A DNA stretch of 17,587 bases from a virus. The notes under the pieces are model-generated. The model made no database searches, was not told the DNA's origin, and was given only the letters and a program-made list of their open reading frames with translations. Shown here in pieces: positions 16,347-17,587 of this stretch. Each line of letters starts with the position of its first letter. Position 1 is the first letter of the stretch. Both the position numbers and the translations under genes were made by a program. The stretch is from IMG/VR virus record IMGVR_UViG_3300045988_158108, one strand, 5' to 3'.

Positions 16347-16356
16347 TTATTATATA

Positions 16357-17253
16357 TTATTTAGTTTTTGGTGTGGTTACAATTCGATAGATATGTGCTT
16401 TAGAATCATATTCAAGTTCATATAAAGTACAATTTGAATGTAAATTCATATCACGCAATGCCACATCCAATAAATCAATTAACTGTTTAATTTCACTTTC
16501 AAGGAAATAGGCATTAAAAAAGTTATTTTTAGGAAATGTATCAAGCTTTTCTTTTAAACGTTTGTTTTCATCTCTTAATATTGAAATATTTTCAATTAAG
16601 TTTTGCATTTGTTTTTCATTAGGAAAGAATACAGTAGCACCACCTGATAAATCATCTTTTAAGGAATTATTTTCTTTTTCAAGTTCTGATAGTTTATCAC
16701 ATAAGCGATTATTTAATTTGAATAATTCTTTGTTACGTTTTGCTTCATGGTCTAAGGCTTCATTTAATTCATTTTTTGAATCTGTTATTTTTGCTAAATC
16801 TTTTTTCAGTTCGCTAACGTAATTTTCTAATCGAGTGTGACTATCCAAAATAGGTTTAAATTGTTGTTTATAATTATTCATTTCAATTTCTTGTTTTTGT
16901 AATCTAGTTACTTCTTTTTGTAATTCTTCTACCAATTCATTTTTACTTTTCAATTCTTGTTCATATCTAGAAACCAAATTTAACCAATCTCTTTCTTCCA
17001 TGTATCCCGAATGAATATCATCCATATAACTAGTTTCAATTACCATCCCACTTTTTAAACAAGTAGCAATCGATTCAGGAATATTTATTTCAAGATTTTC
17101 AATATCGCATGTCGTTTTATATTTGTCTTTTCCATCGATTGGGTTCGTTTTTACATAAGCATTTTTCCATTCTTGTTCCCAATTTTTTAATTGTTGTTCA
17201 TAATAATCTCTTTCAGTTTTCAATTGGTTGTATTCTTCTTTACTTATCCACAT
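16357..17253 (-). CDS. Right-end early coiled-coil protein, 298 aa from the ATG at 17253. Function unknown; speculative terminal-protein candidate.
   Basis: Strong RBS AAGGAGGA 8 nt upstream of the ATG at 17253; the six-frame ORF extends to a TTG at 17280. Long heptad-rich K/E/L/N stretches. Carries its own promoter and terminator. Confidence 0.55.
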   Translation of the reverse strand: MWISKEEYNQLKTERDYYEQQLKNWEQEWKNAYVKTNPIDGKDKYKTTCDIENLEINIPESIATCLKSGMVIETSYMDDIHSGYMEERDWLNLVSRYEQELKSKNELVEELQKEVTRLQKQEIEMNNYKQQFKPILDSHTRLENYVSELKKDLAKITDSKNELNEALDHEAKRNKELFKLNNRLCDKLSELEKENNSLKDDLSGGATVFFPNEKQMQNLIENISILRDENKRLKEKLDTFPKNNFFNAYFLESEIKQLIDLLDVALRDMNLHSNCTLYELEYDSKAHIYRIVTTPKTK

Positions 17254-17449
17254 TTGTTTCTTCCTCCTTAAATGATTCAACTAAATGTACAACTACTGTA
17301 AACCATGAATTTTGTTCATTAATGTAAATAACTTCTGCATTGTCTGGTAAAGAGTTCAAAAACTTTTCAAAATTATCCCTGAAATGAATTTCTTTAACAC
17401 GATACTTCAAAGGTATATACTTTTCACCATCCCATTGCTTAAATAACAT
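17240..17449 (-). CDS. Right-end early protein, 69 aa from the ATG at 17449 (the six-frame ORF extends to 17473)
   Basis: RBS GGAAGGAAG 7 nt upstream of the ATG at 17449. The upstream ATGs lie in or before the predicted transcript start. Confidence 0.4.
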   Translation of the reverse strand: MLFKQWDGEKYIPLKYRVKEIHFRDNFEKFLNSLPDNAEVIYINEQNSWFTVVVHLVESFKEEETNVDK

Positions 17450-17471
17450 TTTATCACTTCCTTCCATATCC

Positions 17472-17500
17472 ATTTTAATACTTTTGAATTGCCCTGTAAA
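17472..17500 (-). promoter_or_regulatory. Right-end early promoter, sigma-A-like, mirror of the left-end promoter
   Basis: Minus strand: -35 TTTACA (17495..17500), 17-nt spacer, -10 TAAAAT (17472..17477), directly internal to the right ITR. Confidence 0.4.
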
Positions 17501-17508
17501 TAATTTTC

Positions 17509-17572
17509 CGAATAAATTTAGCTAAAAAATATTTTTTAGGGGGGCTAAAAATTTTTGAGAAAGGGAATGTAC
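17509..17572. repeat. Right inverted terminal repeat (64 bp)
   Basis: Exact reverse complement of 16..79. Confidence 0.85.
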
Positions 17573-17587
17573 CTGTCTCTTATACAC
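17573..17587. other. Tn5/Nextera mosaic-end adapter remnant (sequencing-library artifact)
   Basis: ctgtctcttatacac is the first 15 nt of the Tn5 mosaic end. It is the exact reverse complement of positions 1..15. Confidence 0.8.

Noticed and set aside
1-17587. Tn5 mosaic ends as evidence of a genuine Tn5-family transposon or engineered construct
   Set aside because: Only 15 of 19 nt are present. The rest is a coherent phage genome with its own ITRs and no transposase or resistance gene. A library-adapter artefact is the parsimonious explanation.
1-17587. CRISPR arrays, tRNA genes, or an integrase, repressor or other lysogeny module
   Set aside because: There are no regularly spaced direct repeats and no cloverleaf-like ~75-nt segment in the short non-coding gaps. 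No ORF has a recombinase or HTH-repressor character, and the coding density leaves no room for them.

Overview
The window appears to be a complete, small (~17.5 kb) linear dsDNA genome of a phi29-like / Picovirinae-type podophage that infects an AT-rich Gram-positive host.

- **Termini.** A perfect 64-bp inverted terminal repeat lies at 16..79 and 17509..17572. Outside it, both contig ends carry 15 nt of the Tn5/Nextera mosaic-end sequence (1..15, 17573..17587). These are library adapter remnants, not phage DNA.
- **Plus-strand early/replication block (165..5797).** It starts from a sigma-A-like promoter just inside the left ITR. It holds three small early genes, a phi29 gp16-like DNA-encapsidation ATPase, and an 802-aa protein-primed family-B DNA polymerase carrying all the canonical PolB motifs. 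Two small genes follow the polymerase, and the block ends at a bidirectional intrinsic terminator (5775..5812).
- **Right-end early unit.** A matching inward-pointing promoter just inside the right ITR drives two minus-strand early genes (a 69-aa product and a 298-aa coiled-coil protein), closed by an intrinsic terminator at 16319..16346.
- **Minus-strand morphogenesis and lysis operon (16283 down to 5914).** This carries a hyper-acidic scaffold-like protein, an untracked 53-aa ORF, the major capsid protein and a portal/connector. Four structural or fibre candidates and a phi29 gp9-like tail knob follow. It ends with a modular tail-associated peptidoglycan hydrolase with a C-terminal CHAP domain, a three-TM holin and an Amidase_2 endolysin.
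- **Not found.** No integrase or lysogeny module, tRNA, CRISPR array or pRNA-sized non-coding region.
- **Most notable.** There is no terminal-protein gene at the canonical position directly upstream of the polymerase; the encapsidation ATPase sits there instead. The ITR has a distinctive internal architecture. Promoters and terminators are nested. A GC-rich structured element lies between the tail hydrolase and the holin.

Every homology statement is from reading the sequence and recalled family knowledge. No database searches were run.
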